A DNA stretch of 63,223 nucleotides, counting the filler, from Sluysia triapertura (taxonomy: Eukaryota), in the NCBI GenBank assembly GCA_046118255.1. It is 5 parts of 5 records of this genome, joined end to end, with 100 filler letters (N's around TTAATTAATTAA, not from the genome) between each part and the next. Parts side by side here need not be neighbours in the genome. Positions count along the whole stretch, not along the records: positions 1 to 12,554 come from JBJNIA010099545.1; positions 12,655 to 23,532 come from JBJNIA010192174.1; 3 more parts are not named here. One strand, written 5' to 3'. The notes under the pieces were generated by a model. It made no database searches. It saw only the letters and a list, made by a program, of their open reading frames with translations, and had not been told where the DNA came from. Positions 1 to 13,150 of this stretch are shown here, piece after piece. Position 1 is the stretch's first letter, and each line of letters starts with the position of its first letter. A program made the translations under genes and the position numbers.

Positions 1-833
1 ATCACTGTAATTACTGATTTTATTAAATCTGTCTTTACTAATTGTTTCGTACACAATGACTGTATTATGGATTAAAAAGTTTGAAATGTCCGATAAATTG
101 AATGTGGCTCCAAATAATCTATCAATCGATGTAACTACAAAATCAAGATTATCAATGATGGGATAGATGAAATAACTCATTACGTGATTAGTAGAAATAA
201 CATAAACATTTATTTCAACCTTTATAATAAATGCAATATCGAGTAAACCATCTGCATACGATATTGTCGATTCATTATAAAGAGATAAAAATAATAAATA
301 AATGTACAACACGTACTAACATATTATCTTGTACTACAAATTTTAAATCGTCTTTATCATAAACAGTAATTAATAATTTAAATGAAATGGTATCACTCTC
401 TTTAATATTGCCGTACCCTTTGAGAAATTCAATCCAGAGATTCATAGCTTCGCATACTTTATTCATTTGACTTACTGTAACATTACTTTTTAAAATTTTA
501 GACCGATGTTTATGTGTATTACGTGGGTATAATAACTCAAAAATGTAAATTTTAAACAACTTTTTAAGCTGTTTTACAACTGAAATAATGTACCGTATAT
601 TGTGTACGCATTTAATAAAACATCGTATCATCAACTTGAAATATTTGAATTTCGTATATACATCCATAATTGAGAAATTACATAAATTGCCGTTGTTAAC
701 ATAAAATTTATATTCAAATCGTTTGCATCCGCTAGATTCACTAAATTACTTATACAAGATATGACTAAATATCCATTATTAGTGACAATAACTATGGTCG
801 AAATAAACATAATTTTTGATTTAGTCAAAACAT
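1..833 (-). pseudogene. Frameshifted orphan ORF of cassette copy 1
   Basis: ATGTTT at 833, ~165 bp from the CCAAT pair; overlapping ORF pieces 631-828 and 275-667. Confidence 0.5.
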
Positions 834-993
834 AATGATTTTTATTTCAAAGCCAAGTTCAAGATTGCATCGTGAGTCTCCGTACATTTGTTTGTGTTTT
901 TGATATTTCTCCAACTCTGAAAATTTAGTTAAACAATTTTGTAAATATTTTATTGAATTGTTACCTGAAAATTTTGCATGTAAGCTATTTATT

Positions 994-1057
994 ATTAGTC
1001 ATCCAATCAGAAAGACGTATATGTGGATAATCAGTGTAAACTGATTGGACGGCTAAT
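994..1057. promoter_or_regulatory. Inverted CCAAT-box pair
   Basis: ATTAGTCATCCAATCAG (994-1010) / CTGATTGGACGGCTAAT (1041-1057), 15/17 complementary. Confidence 0.6.
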
Positions 1058-3027
1058 ATTAGAACTATAATTAAAAATCGCACTACAATGATTGTGATGA
1101 GCCATCATCAGTATTGACATAAATGTATTTACAATGACAAGTATTGTCAATACTAGTGATGGTAGATACTATTAAAATTATAAAATTTATTGTTTTTAAT
1201 AATAATAAAATGATAACAACAAGATGTTATTATAATTGTTGTTATTACAAAAATGCTTAATTCTTTATTTCTTTGTAAAACATGAGCTTGCTTTTAATAC
1301 TTTCATAATTCTCAACATATTTTAAATCTAAATGAAATGAAAAATGATGAATTTGAATGTAGTAACAACAATAATAAGATGCACGACGCTCTAGTTATTG
1401 TTGTTATTGCATTGCATAGGCTTGAATTCTTTAAAACTGTACATAGTCTTCCTTTAATTCTTCTAGATTTCGTGACATATTGGAATAAATTTAAAGTATA
1501 TTTGAAACTAAAATTTCTGAATAAGACTAGTTTAAATGATAAACGTTTTAAGGTATGATAGGAGTTGTATGTTGTTTCATGAAATGGAGAATGTTAGAAT
1601 GAGTTCTTAGATGGTGATTTGAGTATTGGAAGATCGTGAATAAAAGACCTATTGAGAGGAGTGTAATTTTGTAAATGTGAAGAGGTAAGCTACAATACAA
1701 CTTTTGGTATATTTGAAATCTTATTGTGTAATGTTTTATGTGATTTGTTTATTTGTTGTTTTTGAATGGTATTGTGTTGTGTTGTTGGTGACTATCCGGA
1801 GACAAATGGTGAATTTAAGGTGAATATTATCTGGTTGTTATGGATGTCGAGTTACATGTTTTTGATAGGTTTAAGTTGGTGTAAGTTAATTGTATTAGAT
1901 GTAACTGTGGTTTATATGTTATGAGATTGTGAATATGGCTTAGTTTAGCAGATGAACTGTTTTGTAAGTGTGTAGGATGTAAGTGTGTGAATATCAAAGT
2001 GTTGAAGATTTAATAAATTTTTTTTAAAATTTTAACGGTTATAAAGGTTGTCCACCACAAGAAGTTTGAGGATTCAACAGAAGCACGGTAAGAACGAAAA
2101 ACCCATTTTCTATTTTCGGTAGGTATTTAGTCTGTACATTTTATAGATGTCATTTTAAAATAGGAATTACCATAAATGTGGAAGTTCTTTTTGGATTTAA
2201 TGTAATCAAAATCTCTTGTCAAAATATTAGATCATGTTCTTCTTCCGTGTTTATTTCGAATAATTTTAAAACGATGTGCCATATGCTCTGTGATTTATCA
2301 ATTAATATTAAAATTTTAAATAATTATTTCATAATTAATATTAAACGTTACCACAAACTAGTTTCAATAAAATTAAATAAAACCTCCACACGAATATTTT
2401 TGCCTCGAGCTTTTCTGTTTCGTTTTGTTAATATTTTGTTTCTATTTATTGATGTCTTATATAAGAATTTACTTATCAGCACTGTTTTTTCTGTAATTTT
2501 TATTAAGTTTTTAAACGAAAATAATTAAATTTATTACATTGTTTATTTGTAAAATAAGTAAATTTAAGTTATTTATCAAATAATTTTGTAAATAAGTATT
2601 ATTTATTATTGCAATACTAAATTTAATTTCTATGATTCCGAGTAATCAAATATCAATGAAATTGTAGTTGATGCACATTTGCACGTGTTCTGTATATTTA
2701 ACCATTTGACCTTCCAATTATTTGGTAAATTTCTTTTAAAAATTCTCTGCTTTTTTGTTTTACAATTTAATTACACATTAAATTTTGATTATAAGTGACA
2801 AAACAAAATTGACGAAAGTATATTTTCTTCAATATTCATTGATAATTTAATAATTAACCATACATTACTGTCTTACATTTCTTACACTAATATTAAGTAA
2901 TGAGTAAATAAAAAAATAAATTAGACTGATTAATAATAGTAAATTAATCATAAATCTAAATATAAAACAAAACTCCTATATATTTTGTAAAACATGAAAT
3001 AAAAAGTAAATGATATATTTAACTTAC

Positions 3028-3057
3028 ATGGTGGTCTCAATATTAGATTAATAACAT
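3028..3057 (-). CDS. 30-nt symmetric phase-1 micro-exon (DVINLILRPP) of the same gene
   Basis: tattag|ATGTT...CACCAT|gtaagt; phase joins the 3698 donor without a stop. Confidence 0.55.
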
Positions 3058-3697
3058 CTAATACAATGATTTCTAATAAAACGCTAATCAATTTAATTAA
3101 TTAAAATTATAATTTATGTTACAATATTTAAACGTCTATTATTCTTATTTGTAATAAAATGGAATTCAATTATTGAGCACTAAAAAGTTAGCGCTACGTC
3201 TCCATAAATTGAAAACGAACGTGGGAACCCTAGTATAACATACAATTGATAATGTTCACAGGAACGACAGAAACCTTCGAACTTATTATGAAATATATTG
3301 AAATTTACCTCATTTTGAATTTTAATACCACAAAGCAGAATTTTCACATATTAAAACTAAGCACACTTAATACATGTTTAACTCTGCACCCCAGCCTAAT
3401 GACTGGAATATATTATATTATCAAATTATATTACTTAACACGTTAAGACATACACACCCATAAGTTACTTTTACAGCAATAACGTAGCAACGACGAAGGA
3501 TTTATAGTTCATATTTGAAATGTCTCATTACTGGCAACAACGGAATGATAAGGGTTTGTAAGGGTTTACAAAAATTGCAAAATTTGTAATAAAATTTTTT
3601 AGTTAATGTATAAGTAGGTTTGAAAAACATCAGAATAGGATAATTAATTTTACACATGATGTATTTTATAATTTTACTTAAATATCGATAAACTAAC

Positions 3698-4283
3698 CAA
3701 ATGAATTAGTAATATTTAGTGATGCCATATTAACTTCTTGTGATACTGGTTTATATTGTTTTTGTGACTGCTTAGGTGGTAGCAGAAGTCGAATTGATGA
3801 ATTTGGTGGTGTGACTTGTGGAGATGATAATGATGATGACGAAGAAGCTGATGGTATTGTTTGCGATGATGCATATTTTTCATTAATATTTGATTTAAAT
3901 AAAACTGATGGCTGTTCAAGTAACATATCGTCAGTTAATTCGTCATTACCATCATCGTTATTATCATTATTATCATCACTTTTTGATGTAACATTATTTG
4001 TATTGTTATTTATAATTTGATTAGTGTTTAATTCAACATTTTGTAGTGATGAATTGTTTGGTTCTGTAGATACTTGTATAGTATTTAAATTCATTGAACC
4101 ATTATTTGGAAAGAATTGGTAACACTTAGTAGTTTTCTCACCACAAGTTTCTGCAGTTTCCATTTGAAATTGGGTTGGTTTCAAGTTACTTATTGAATTA
4201 AAATGGATTGATTTGTTGGAATAAAAATTAGTATCACGATTTGTTATTTTTGATTTACATTTTGTGCTAGAAAATCTAGTCAT
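3698..4283 (-). CDS. First coding exon of an unidentified gene (N/S/D-rich low-complexity N-terminus)
   Basis: 195 open codons ending at a G|GTTAGT phase-1 donor; candidate acceptor TTTTAG near 4729 for the untranslated part. Confidence 0.6.
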
Positions 4284-5889
4284 TTGTTGATGTAATGAAT
4301 GTTAGATTGCTAAGAGTTATTACTAGAGGTGGAAGAGAATTAATGATAAAAAAATGAAGAAAAACAAAAAAATAGGATAGATTAGTAATAAGGATAAAAG
4401 AAATAATAATAATGATAACAATTATGTGATTATTATACTTATTAATACAGAATTGTTGAAATTTATTATGAAATTTTATCATAAAAATTATTATAAAAGT
4501 TATTATTTGATATCTATATTACATAACAATAATGACTATAATTGTTATACATATTTTAATATGATATGAATCGCAATAATAATAGCGATAGTTCATGTTA
4601 ATTAGATGCGATGGTTATGTTTGTTTTTGAATGAGTTTAATAGTTTGTCTCATAATCTGTGTATATGTGGAGTGTTTTTATGTGATGAAATGTGACGAAT
4701 TTTATGTGATGAATTCCCTACAACATTGCTAAAATTTAAGAAGAAATATAAAAATATAGTAAGATAATAATATTTTAAAATTAATTAAATGGTTAATTTA
4801 AATACTATAGTTATAATCCTAATTATGTAGATGGCTAAAAACTACGAAAAGCTATGATCAATAATATTTTAAAGTTAGGTGATCGGTTGGACAGAAAACA
4901 ACCGTCAACATCGGTCATTCGTAATTTTTATATATTGTTTAATCTTACACTTTAATTATGGGTGTCATTCTACAAAGTGTGTCCCTAAATATATTTTTAT
5001 GGCTTCAATCATAAGATTGATTGCAAGTATAGCATAAAGAGTGAATGTAACAATGTAAAGATAAATGTTGATTATAATGGCCGCTGGACGTTGTTGAAAA
5101 TACTGATTAAATTACGATAACTTAAAATTACATTTAGGTTTAGATTAAAGAAAATAGGACTTAAGGCCCTATATTAAATCATTTAAGGAAAATCTATTAA
5201 AAATTGTTATTCAAATAAATTTTATTAAAAACTTCGAAATATCGATTAAAGTTGTAATAGCAAAAAAAGAAATAATTGAAGACGACATACACTGACTACT
5301 TATAAATCGTGAAACGGTAAAAATACTTAAAAATCACAAAACAATAAAAATACTTCAAATCTAAATCGGATCATTTATTATTTGACAGTGGATTGGTTAT
5401 TTTAATTAGGTTTAGTTCATTGATTAATGCTGTTGTAGAACAATTCATCCATTGTTTATTAAAGCCATCAAAGAATAAATAAGGTTTGGTTTGAATCCAA
5501 TGATATTGTGTATGTATTAATAGATTCATTAATTCCATAGTTATTTTCACTTTGTATAATTGAGATTCAAATAAGTCTTCAGAGTATGATCCAATATCTT
5601 ACAGTTTTGTACGGCGTTATAGAAGTAGTACACCAATTATTTAAGCAGCATCTAACAGATAAACTTATTAGTTTCTTATTTATTTCCTTAGAAATGACTA
5701 ATATCTCATTTGTTTTAGCTTGGATATACAATTTATATCATTATAAAACATTTTCTTAACTTATTTGTTGCTATTTTAAGTGAATCTGTATTATGCAAGT
5801 TAAACAAATGTATAGTAATACTGATGACATTTGTATTCCACTATAATGTGTCGATAATCTTAAATTCGTATAATTGTGATGGCATTATT

Positions 5890-6915
5890 GGTGGTAATGG
5901 TGTCCTGGAAAATATATTCTTGGAATAGAATAGTGGTTATCATTTTTGGAAGATGAATTGGTATATTTGCATTTATTCAGAATAAACATAATCATTAAAA
6001 AGGTTATGATTAATGCAATAATAAATAGTGTTGCAGCAATTATTAAAATGGTTATTTATGGATCTCTTTTTAGTGTATCTATAATCGTAGATTCCTTATT
6101 TCTTTGCATAGCAAAATGGAGTTTACTAATCTTAGCCTGATTTTTTATAAATATTATTATGTCTACCTTCAGAAAGTAAGTAGTCTTTACAAATTGTCAC
6201 AGGATATTCCGTATTAAGTGTAACATGTTTATGTATTTACCATATACTAAAATTAAATTTTGCTGGACTAATACGTGGACTAATACTGTGCTTTCATGTT
6301 AGTTTTAGTCATTTTAATTTGTATTTCTGTATCGTAATTGTAAAAGTGAAAATATTTTGATCTATAGATTCTTTGTGATGCATCCGTGATTGAAATCAGT
6401 GGTATTAAAGTAAGTAACATCATATTTTGTGGCATATTATTAACTCTCATCATTACGCAATAAATATTATGTAATTATGTAATAATTGTGTAATAATATT
6501 AAAAGTGCTATTAATTGTATGTCCAATTAATTTTTCCTGACATTATTAGTGGTACTAATTATCCTACTAATTATTACAATTATGTACTAATTGTCGCCAC
6601 TGTTATGGTATAGTAGTTTCTTTACTTATTGATTAATTATTGATTTATTATAAAATGAAAAACCTATTGTAGTATAATAAATTGAATGCTTGTCTATTAT
6701 TGAAGGTTTCTTTATTGATAATGGTTCAAAATATATGTCCAAATTATAATTAGGAACCTCATTTCTGTTGTCAATTTCAACTGTCTAAAGTCGATTAAAA
6801 GTATTTGATAAATATCCCGTTTAGTATCCATATATTCTGTTAAATTTGATTGATATGATATTACCATTATTATCAATTGAATAAGTAATAATATACAAGT
6901 TGTTATGTAAGTCAA
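5890..6915 (-). pseudogene. Decayed env-like membrane glycoprotein of an LTR element
   Basis: Signal-like TCILLLIQLIIMVIS, then LDIYFEPLS, scattered Cys, C-terminal TM ITILIIAATLFIIALIITFLMIMFIL and a short tail; lies downstream of a protease relic. Confidence 0.4.
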
Positions 6916-7139
6916 TTTATTACTTTGAATTCCTCATAAACATCACACCACTACTATGGATACTATCATTATCATTGTTCCACCAATCAAGGTTTTCCCA
7001 ATTTGGAGTTGGTGTTGAGGGGGTCTTGGAGGATTTATTGGAGAAATTTGATAATTTTGTTGTGCTGTTAATGGTGGTAATACTTTATGCGTTCCTAATG
7101 GTATTTTAATGAATCCTAATCTACCATGTCCTACACCAT

Positions 7140-7300
7140 TTTCTAATTTGCTTAATACACCCATTCCTATTATAACTTCATAAAGACATCTACTCCGTAC
7201 CAATATTTTTACGAATAAGTCCATGTCTAAGATTGTTAATTTAATTCCATTAAATTCAATATTTGAACCATCTACTGTAAATAATTGTATACCAACTTAT
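7140..7300 (-). mobile_element. Ty3/gypsy-like aspartic protease relic (C-terminal half)
   Basis: VGIQLFTVDGSNIEFNGIKLTILDMDLFVKILVRSRCLYEVIIGMGVLSKL fits the retropepsin flap and the C-terminal ILG motif. Confidence 0.5.
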
Positions 7301-8435
7301 TGTAACAATAATTTCTAACGCATTTAATGTATTAGAATTAAGAAGATTTTATCTTATTTGCTGTACTTACTGGTTTATCGGTTAATGATTTAATGGTATG
7401 CTTATTGATTTGGATGGTTTATATCTGTTTTGATTCTTGGTTTAACTTTTAAAATACTTTCTTAAAACACTTTTCTATCTCTTAAGTTATATTCATTATT
7501 TGGTCCTAATTTACACCGATTTACTTGTACAACGAAAGTTTGGGTATTCATGTCATTAGTGGAAGACGTTTTCATTACTTCATATGTGACCTAAAAATTT
7601 TATACGCATTTAGTAGGTTTAATTTTTAATCTTGTCACTTCTAGTTTTTTAATGTATTATCAATATCAAATAAGTGTCGTTCAAAATCCTTTGAGAATAT
7701 AAACCATTACATTTTTGCATCCAGATAATATGAAGTTCATACATCTTTGAAACGTTGCTGGTGCTCCTAGTAATCCCCCTAATGGCATTTTTTCGCATTC
7801 ATATAATTCATCTTCACATGAAAAGTTTTTTTTGTGTTTGCCTTTTATTTGTACATTATTTGTAAATGGAATTCTGCTAACTTTTAAACCATCTATTTAA
7901 TCTACTTATTTCATTCTTATGATTATATAGCTAAGTCAATTTGTTATTTGTTTAATGAAAAAACGTAGGCTTCCGGATTGATGAAATATGTTACAAAGTG
8001 CTATTTTAAAATGAGTTACGTTTGGTTTAGCGTGGACATGTATATATACTAAGCTAATAAGAAATGTAAATTCATTTTTTTGTTTGCAAAATGTTTCAGG
8101 ATTGTAGGAGTAACAGTAAAGCAAAAAACAAATTTATTAAAATATAATGCATCTTCTATCAAAAATTTAATCTCTAAATATATTTACAATAATATTTTGT
8201 ATACATGATCTTTCAAATTTCAATACTTACTGAGTACCAGAACAATTCTATGACTATATTTTAGTGGAGGGCTTAATTGGTATGAAGATTTATATAAGTA
8301 TTCAGAAAGGTACTTCACATTATTATTGATTTCGAAATTAGACAGTACTAAGACACTTAAAGTGACCTCTATCTTTAAAATTAAAATACAAATAAAATAC
8401 TTAAGACTGTCTACATTATCGAATTTAAGAGCGTC

Positions 8436-8745
8436 ATAACAGATAAAACATCTTTTGCAACATCTAATTAAATCTTCACCACGTTTAAAAGATTATATAA
8501 GACATTCAAAAATCTTTTTATATCATTTAATAAGCCTTTTATAACGTTCGAAAAGTTCCTTATGACATTTAAAAGATTGATTATAACATTTATATTCTCT
8601 TGACAACATGTAACAAAATTTTTGTAACAGTGCCTTATAACATTTAAGATGTTCCTAGTAACATTTAAAATATTCTTTATAAAAGTTAAAGTGTTTTACC
8701 AAAACTAAAAAGTTCTTTATATCTCATAAAAAATCCCATTAACAC
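8436..8745. repeat. Degenerate ~21-22-bp minisatellite
   Basis: Recurring ATAACATTTAAAAGNTTCYTT-like units, about 14 copies. Confidence 0.7.
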
Positions 8746-9950
8746 AAGAAAATGTACATCATTAAGTAATTCGTAACCTTTGAAATCATAACAAGTTAAA
8801 ATCTGTACGTGAAGGTATCTATTAAAAATATACGCTGAGATGAATCCGATAATGTTAATGTCTATAATTGGAAACTTAACTTTAATTAACAGTTTTACGA
8901 TTTTAGTATTTTATGAGGTTGAATATTGTTAATAAGACTATGAGAGTTGAGTTAGCTCTAAATATTGATATTCCTAGATGTGTTTTGAATTGAGTTCAAA
9001 TTGAGATTTGGGTATGTGTGTGTACATACAGGTGATAAAGTATAATCGCTGGTAGGGGCTGAAACACACCACATACACTTTCGCATTATTCTAATTGGTA
9101 CTAGTTTTACTTAAATTACATTCTACTATAATTTTTATCAGGAAGTGCTGGATTTTAAAATTATTAATTATAAAATTATTAATTTATACGCATCGACATT
9201 TTTATTTTTATTTTGAATTCTTGAATTTGAAATTTTATTTTATACATTTATATTTATTTAAATTTAGATTTTTCTTTTATATATTTATTAACTTGTGCAA
9301 TATTATTATTATTATTGTTTGTGTAATTGAAATATCTAAATAATAATTGATTAATAATTTGATTTTACCATATGGACTCTGACAGATAGGCCTGATATGT
9401 TATTCTTTTGGTGATCTAGTTTGCGTTCCTAGTACTAATCTTATATGAGAAATGAAGTTAAATTTTGTTAGCTACTTTTTTGATTACAAATCTTAGTATT
9501 ACAATTGCTAATAAGGAACCCTACATTTAATTCAAACAAAAATAAATTTATGTATTGAAAATGGAAACAAATTACTCACAAACACCTCATTTGATATGCT
9601 TATTATCACCAATCTGGATTGATAAACTTGATCCTTCATGCTGCACCTGAACTTGAAATTATATGTGCTATTAGATTATTTAGTTTCATATAAGAAATGA
9701 AATTTTTCTGCCAATATTTTGATTCCATAACGCTGGTCTTTCATTTATTTTGTTCCATTTTCGTTTTATGTAATAATTTCTAATGAATATTAATATTATT
9801 TTTCATAATGAAAATCAGATATGGTGATCACTTACTTAAAAAATCATACTTTATTAAGCAAGAATTTACCAGTTCTGCTATAAAATTTGAGATATTTGCA
9901 TATAAGACTCAACGTGATTATTAAATATTAAGTATTAATTTTCTCTTCAG

Positions 9951-10308
9951 TATGGACCAATTTCCAGAAGTGTGTTCGTCGATGCTCAGTGAATTTACTG
10001 CACTGCTGTCTTATCAACCTTGTCCATTAACTAAATACAGAATTTGTCGATTACTTATGATCAATATGTTCATGATCGATTATGTTTGCAAGCAAACTCT
10101 TGCACTTCTTTCTACAGCAGCTGCTAGCTCATCACCTTCAGTTCTTGGTGGATCGGTCAATATCAATCACAATTCTGTTGCTACTACTTCTAGTTCTGCC
10201 AGTAATACATGCCAATTTATGCGTACCGTTCATCAAGACCAAGCTTCTAGAATGACAATGGACTTCTTTGCTATCATATGTCAAAGAGCTGTTGAAATTT
10301 TCAAAGAA
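9951..10308 (+). CDS. SMG6: SMG6/EST1A internal exon (EST1/14-3-3-like region)
   Basis: MDQFPEVCSSMLSEFTALL...PCPL...RLLMINMF resembles the SMG6 F..V....L.EF..LL...P.P....L..INMF segment; cag| acceptor and |gttagt donor. Confidence 0.85.
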
Positions 10309-10381
10309 GTTAGTTATTCATATTTTGAATTATAATTTAAATGATTATTCAAACTGTGTCATTTAATTTATTTATATTCAG

Positions 10382-10750
10382 TGGCAACAAAACACATCTG
10401 AAACAGATTCAATTACAAATTCACTAACTCTTCCAGATGATTTGAGATCTTTACTCACAGCGATATGCTTATGGACAGACTGGATGGTCACACGGCCAGA
10501 ATACTGGAACCCACCACCAAGTCAACGTGATCCTCTTTTACCACCTAGTATTGATGATTTTCAAATTCTTGCCCAACTTTGTACACTTATTAGTAATTTT
10601 CTCGATCAGGTTACCTTCGCATCTCCAAAATATCGCATTATCACAAACACTAAAGAAGCTGAACAAATGATTGGACACAGCAGTACATTTGTATTATTTG
10701 AAGAATATTTAATTTGTGGTTTCTTACCAATGTTAGATCAAAATCCGAAA
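10382..10750 (+). CDS. SMG6: SMG6/EST1A internal exon
   Basis: LWTDWMVTRPEYWNPPP and LFEEYLICGFLPML match the SMG6 W.DWM...P..WNPPP and L.ED..L.GF.PL motifs; 73-nt phase-0 intron before it; |gtaagt donor. Confidence 0.9.
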
Positions 10751-11399
10751 GTAAGTACATTGTGTAGAAATTATAATAAAAATAAAAGCGTTTTAGAATG
10801 TTTTCATTTTAAAGGTATTTCACAATTTTCATTTCTTATTTCTCATTGACCAATCATAAAAATCTAGATAGTTCTATTTTTTCAAAGATATAAAGCAGAA
10901 GTGGGTATTGAATATAGAAGATGCATGCAAAATAAAGAATAAGTTATACTTGAAAAATTCCAAATATATCTGGATAAATATATTTATATTTACAACATAA
11001 ATCAAATACAGTAATAAACATTTATTGCTATATTCTTATCTAATCGTTAAATTAACATAGGCCAATTATGTTTAAATAATATGTTGAAGCAAGACACTAC
11101 AACCTCTTTGAATAACTTCATTAGAAAGGTTTCCTAAATTTTTGGAACATTAATATTTCCTCATCTTAACATGGACTAAAACAATGTTACATCGCATTTC
11201 TTATATTTGGTCACCAATAACAAGGTCTGATCAATTCTGTCATCTTAGGAGTATCAATATTACTTTGATGTGTTATTTCCAATATTTATTTTCTGAACAG
11301 CAAGAAAGTATATTTTGTTAAATCTCTATATTTCATATTCCATAGTTACCGAATATTTCAACGATTAATTGATTGTTATGCATGATTTTACTTTTAAAT

Positions 11400-12150
11400 T
11401 CATCGTGTTTTTACGAGGACATGCCATACGACTACTAAGATTGGAATTATTGTCAAATTAGTTGTAATAATTCTACCAACAGGAAGATTCTTTATTTGAA
11501 ATAATTCTGCAATGTCGATAACCACTACTCTACCATTAGAATGGTTTTATACGTTGCATTACGAAACAGTTGATGTAACAAGATTCTTATCTATCAGGAA
11601 TAATTTAAATATTTCATTCCGAATAACAAACTTACAAATTCATTTTCATTTCGGCAATACCACTAATATGCATCACTGGATCTTCATTTACAAAATATTC
11701 ATAGATAATTCATTTTTACTAATTGCAACTTTAATTTCAAGAATTCATCCTAACAGAATTTATGCCATTTGAATTATTTCCGTCTTAATTAAAATAGCAT
11801 AATCTGGAAAACTTCTGGTCAATGTGACAAGCAAGAACTATTAAGGTGCATATTGAATTCTTTTTCTGGATGTAGACCAATACCATTTTTACTTAATGTA
11901 TGTCCTGAAACATTGTTTTACTTTTTGGATATGCACATTTCTCTTTATTGATAATTATGTTAAATAATTTCAGGCGATCTAGAGTCGTTTGTAGATTGAT
12001 TTCATGTTCCTTAATATTTCTCCCCAACAGCGCGTAATATCGACAATATCATTTGATTTTCTTACAATTCGAAGTTCATATATGAATCTTCCTTAAGGGG
12101 AACAAAATACCAGGTATTTTCTATTTTCCGAGTGCCCCCATTTAGTGAGA
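11400..12150 (-). mobile_element. Heavily decayed RTE-like non-LTR retrotransposon
   Basis: Fragments GIGLH, FPDYAILIKTE, IAEMKM, TYKTIL and a YG(H)VL-like piece resemble RTE RT and C-terminal motifs. Confidence 0.4.
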
Positions 12151-12475
12151 ATATCTTAACATTCCAATTTTTCAATATTATCTTTTAATTAAAATTAAAA
12201 TGTATTGTTAAGAATACTACTTTATATAAAATACAGTGAAACGCTATATAATATCTGATAAGTGATAAAATGTTTCTCATCCTTATCGTCGGTGTGGACA
12301 ACAAAAATTGACGGTGTGCTGATTTTATTTTCACTAATAAAAATAATATCAAAAGTACCGAAACCAATTTATGATATTCCAGGAACATTTTTATTAAATA
12401 AAAACATAAAATAACATTATATTAATTCATAATCGGTATTTATACAAATTATCCATTAAGTTAATTATCATTTAC

Positions 12476-12480
12476 TACTT

Positions 12481-12554
<74 letters not shown>
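12476..12554. repeat. (CTA)n(TAA)n microsatellite at contig end
   Basis: Directly visible. Confidence 0.95.
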
Positions 12555-12654
12555 NNNNNNNNNNNNNNNNNNNNNNNNNNNNNNNNNNNNNNNNNNNNTT
12601 AATTAATTAANNNNNNNNNNNNNNNNNNNNNNNNNNNNNNNNNNNNNNNNNNNN
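12555..12654. other. Artificial contig spacer N44-TTAATTAATTAA-N44
   Basis: 100-bp block with a six-frame-stop linker at 12599-12610; identical at four places. Confidence 0.98.
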
Positions 12655-13150
12655 TCTAAAATAACACTCAAAATCTATTTTGAACCTTGCCGCTATCATT
12701 TATCGATAGCGTATTAAAATATTTTACAAAAATCATTTTATCCAGATTATTTATAAAATAATCTAGCTCAATATTATATATTTTTTTTATTTTATATTAT
12801 CATTTGTATCATATACATTTTTTGAATTAATCAAAATTACATTTTTTAAGTATTTATTGTAACATTTGAAACTGGTTCCTTTGTGAATCATATTAAAATA
12901 ATTAACAGGTTCATTTTCATTGAACCTAATTAAAATCTTAAAGCTAAAAGGTTCGTATAAGCGAATCTTATTAAAATCTCGTGATTACATTTTTAAAATC
13001 ACTTAAACTTCTTAAAATCTAAAATAAAAAGACCTCCTAAAAGCAAATTAATTGATCATAATAAATTAGGTTTTTCTTTAATAGTTAATTTTGAAAATCC
13101 AACGGTTGGCCATTAAATTCGTAAGTCCAATACGTTGGTGGACTCACTTC
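12655..13150 (+). repeat. Palindrome-array block R, copy A
   Basis: Three ~40-bp units GGTTC-N6-10-GAAYC-NN-ATTAAAAT at 12873-12979; hairpins at 12691-12711 and 12744-12764; aligns with rc 25245-25790. Confidence 0.75.

Larger units (their letters stand above)
1..2060 (-). mobile_element. Orphan-ORF cassette, copy 1 (CA-rich segment, inverted CCAAT pair, decayed ORF running off the window)
   Basis: 1250-1990 aligns in reverse complement with 13250-13930 (e.g. TCTCAATAGGTCTTTTATTCACGATCTTCCA) and with 43980-44120; CCAAT inverted repeat at 994-1057. Confidence 0.75.

Noticed and set aside
1337-1558. ORF similar to 13716-13988 as a conserved small protein
   Set aside because: Similarity follows from DNA homology of the cassette; starts and ends differ and copy 3 lacks the frame
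8436-8745. Periodic repeat as a CRISPR-like array
   Set aside because: Contiguous degenerate units without unique spacers, in a eukaryotic context
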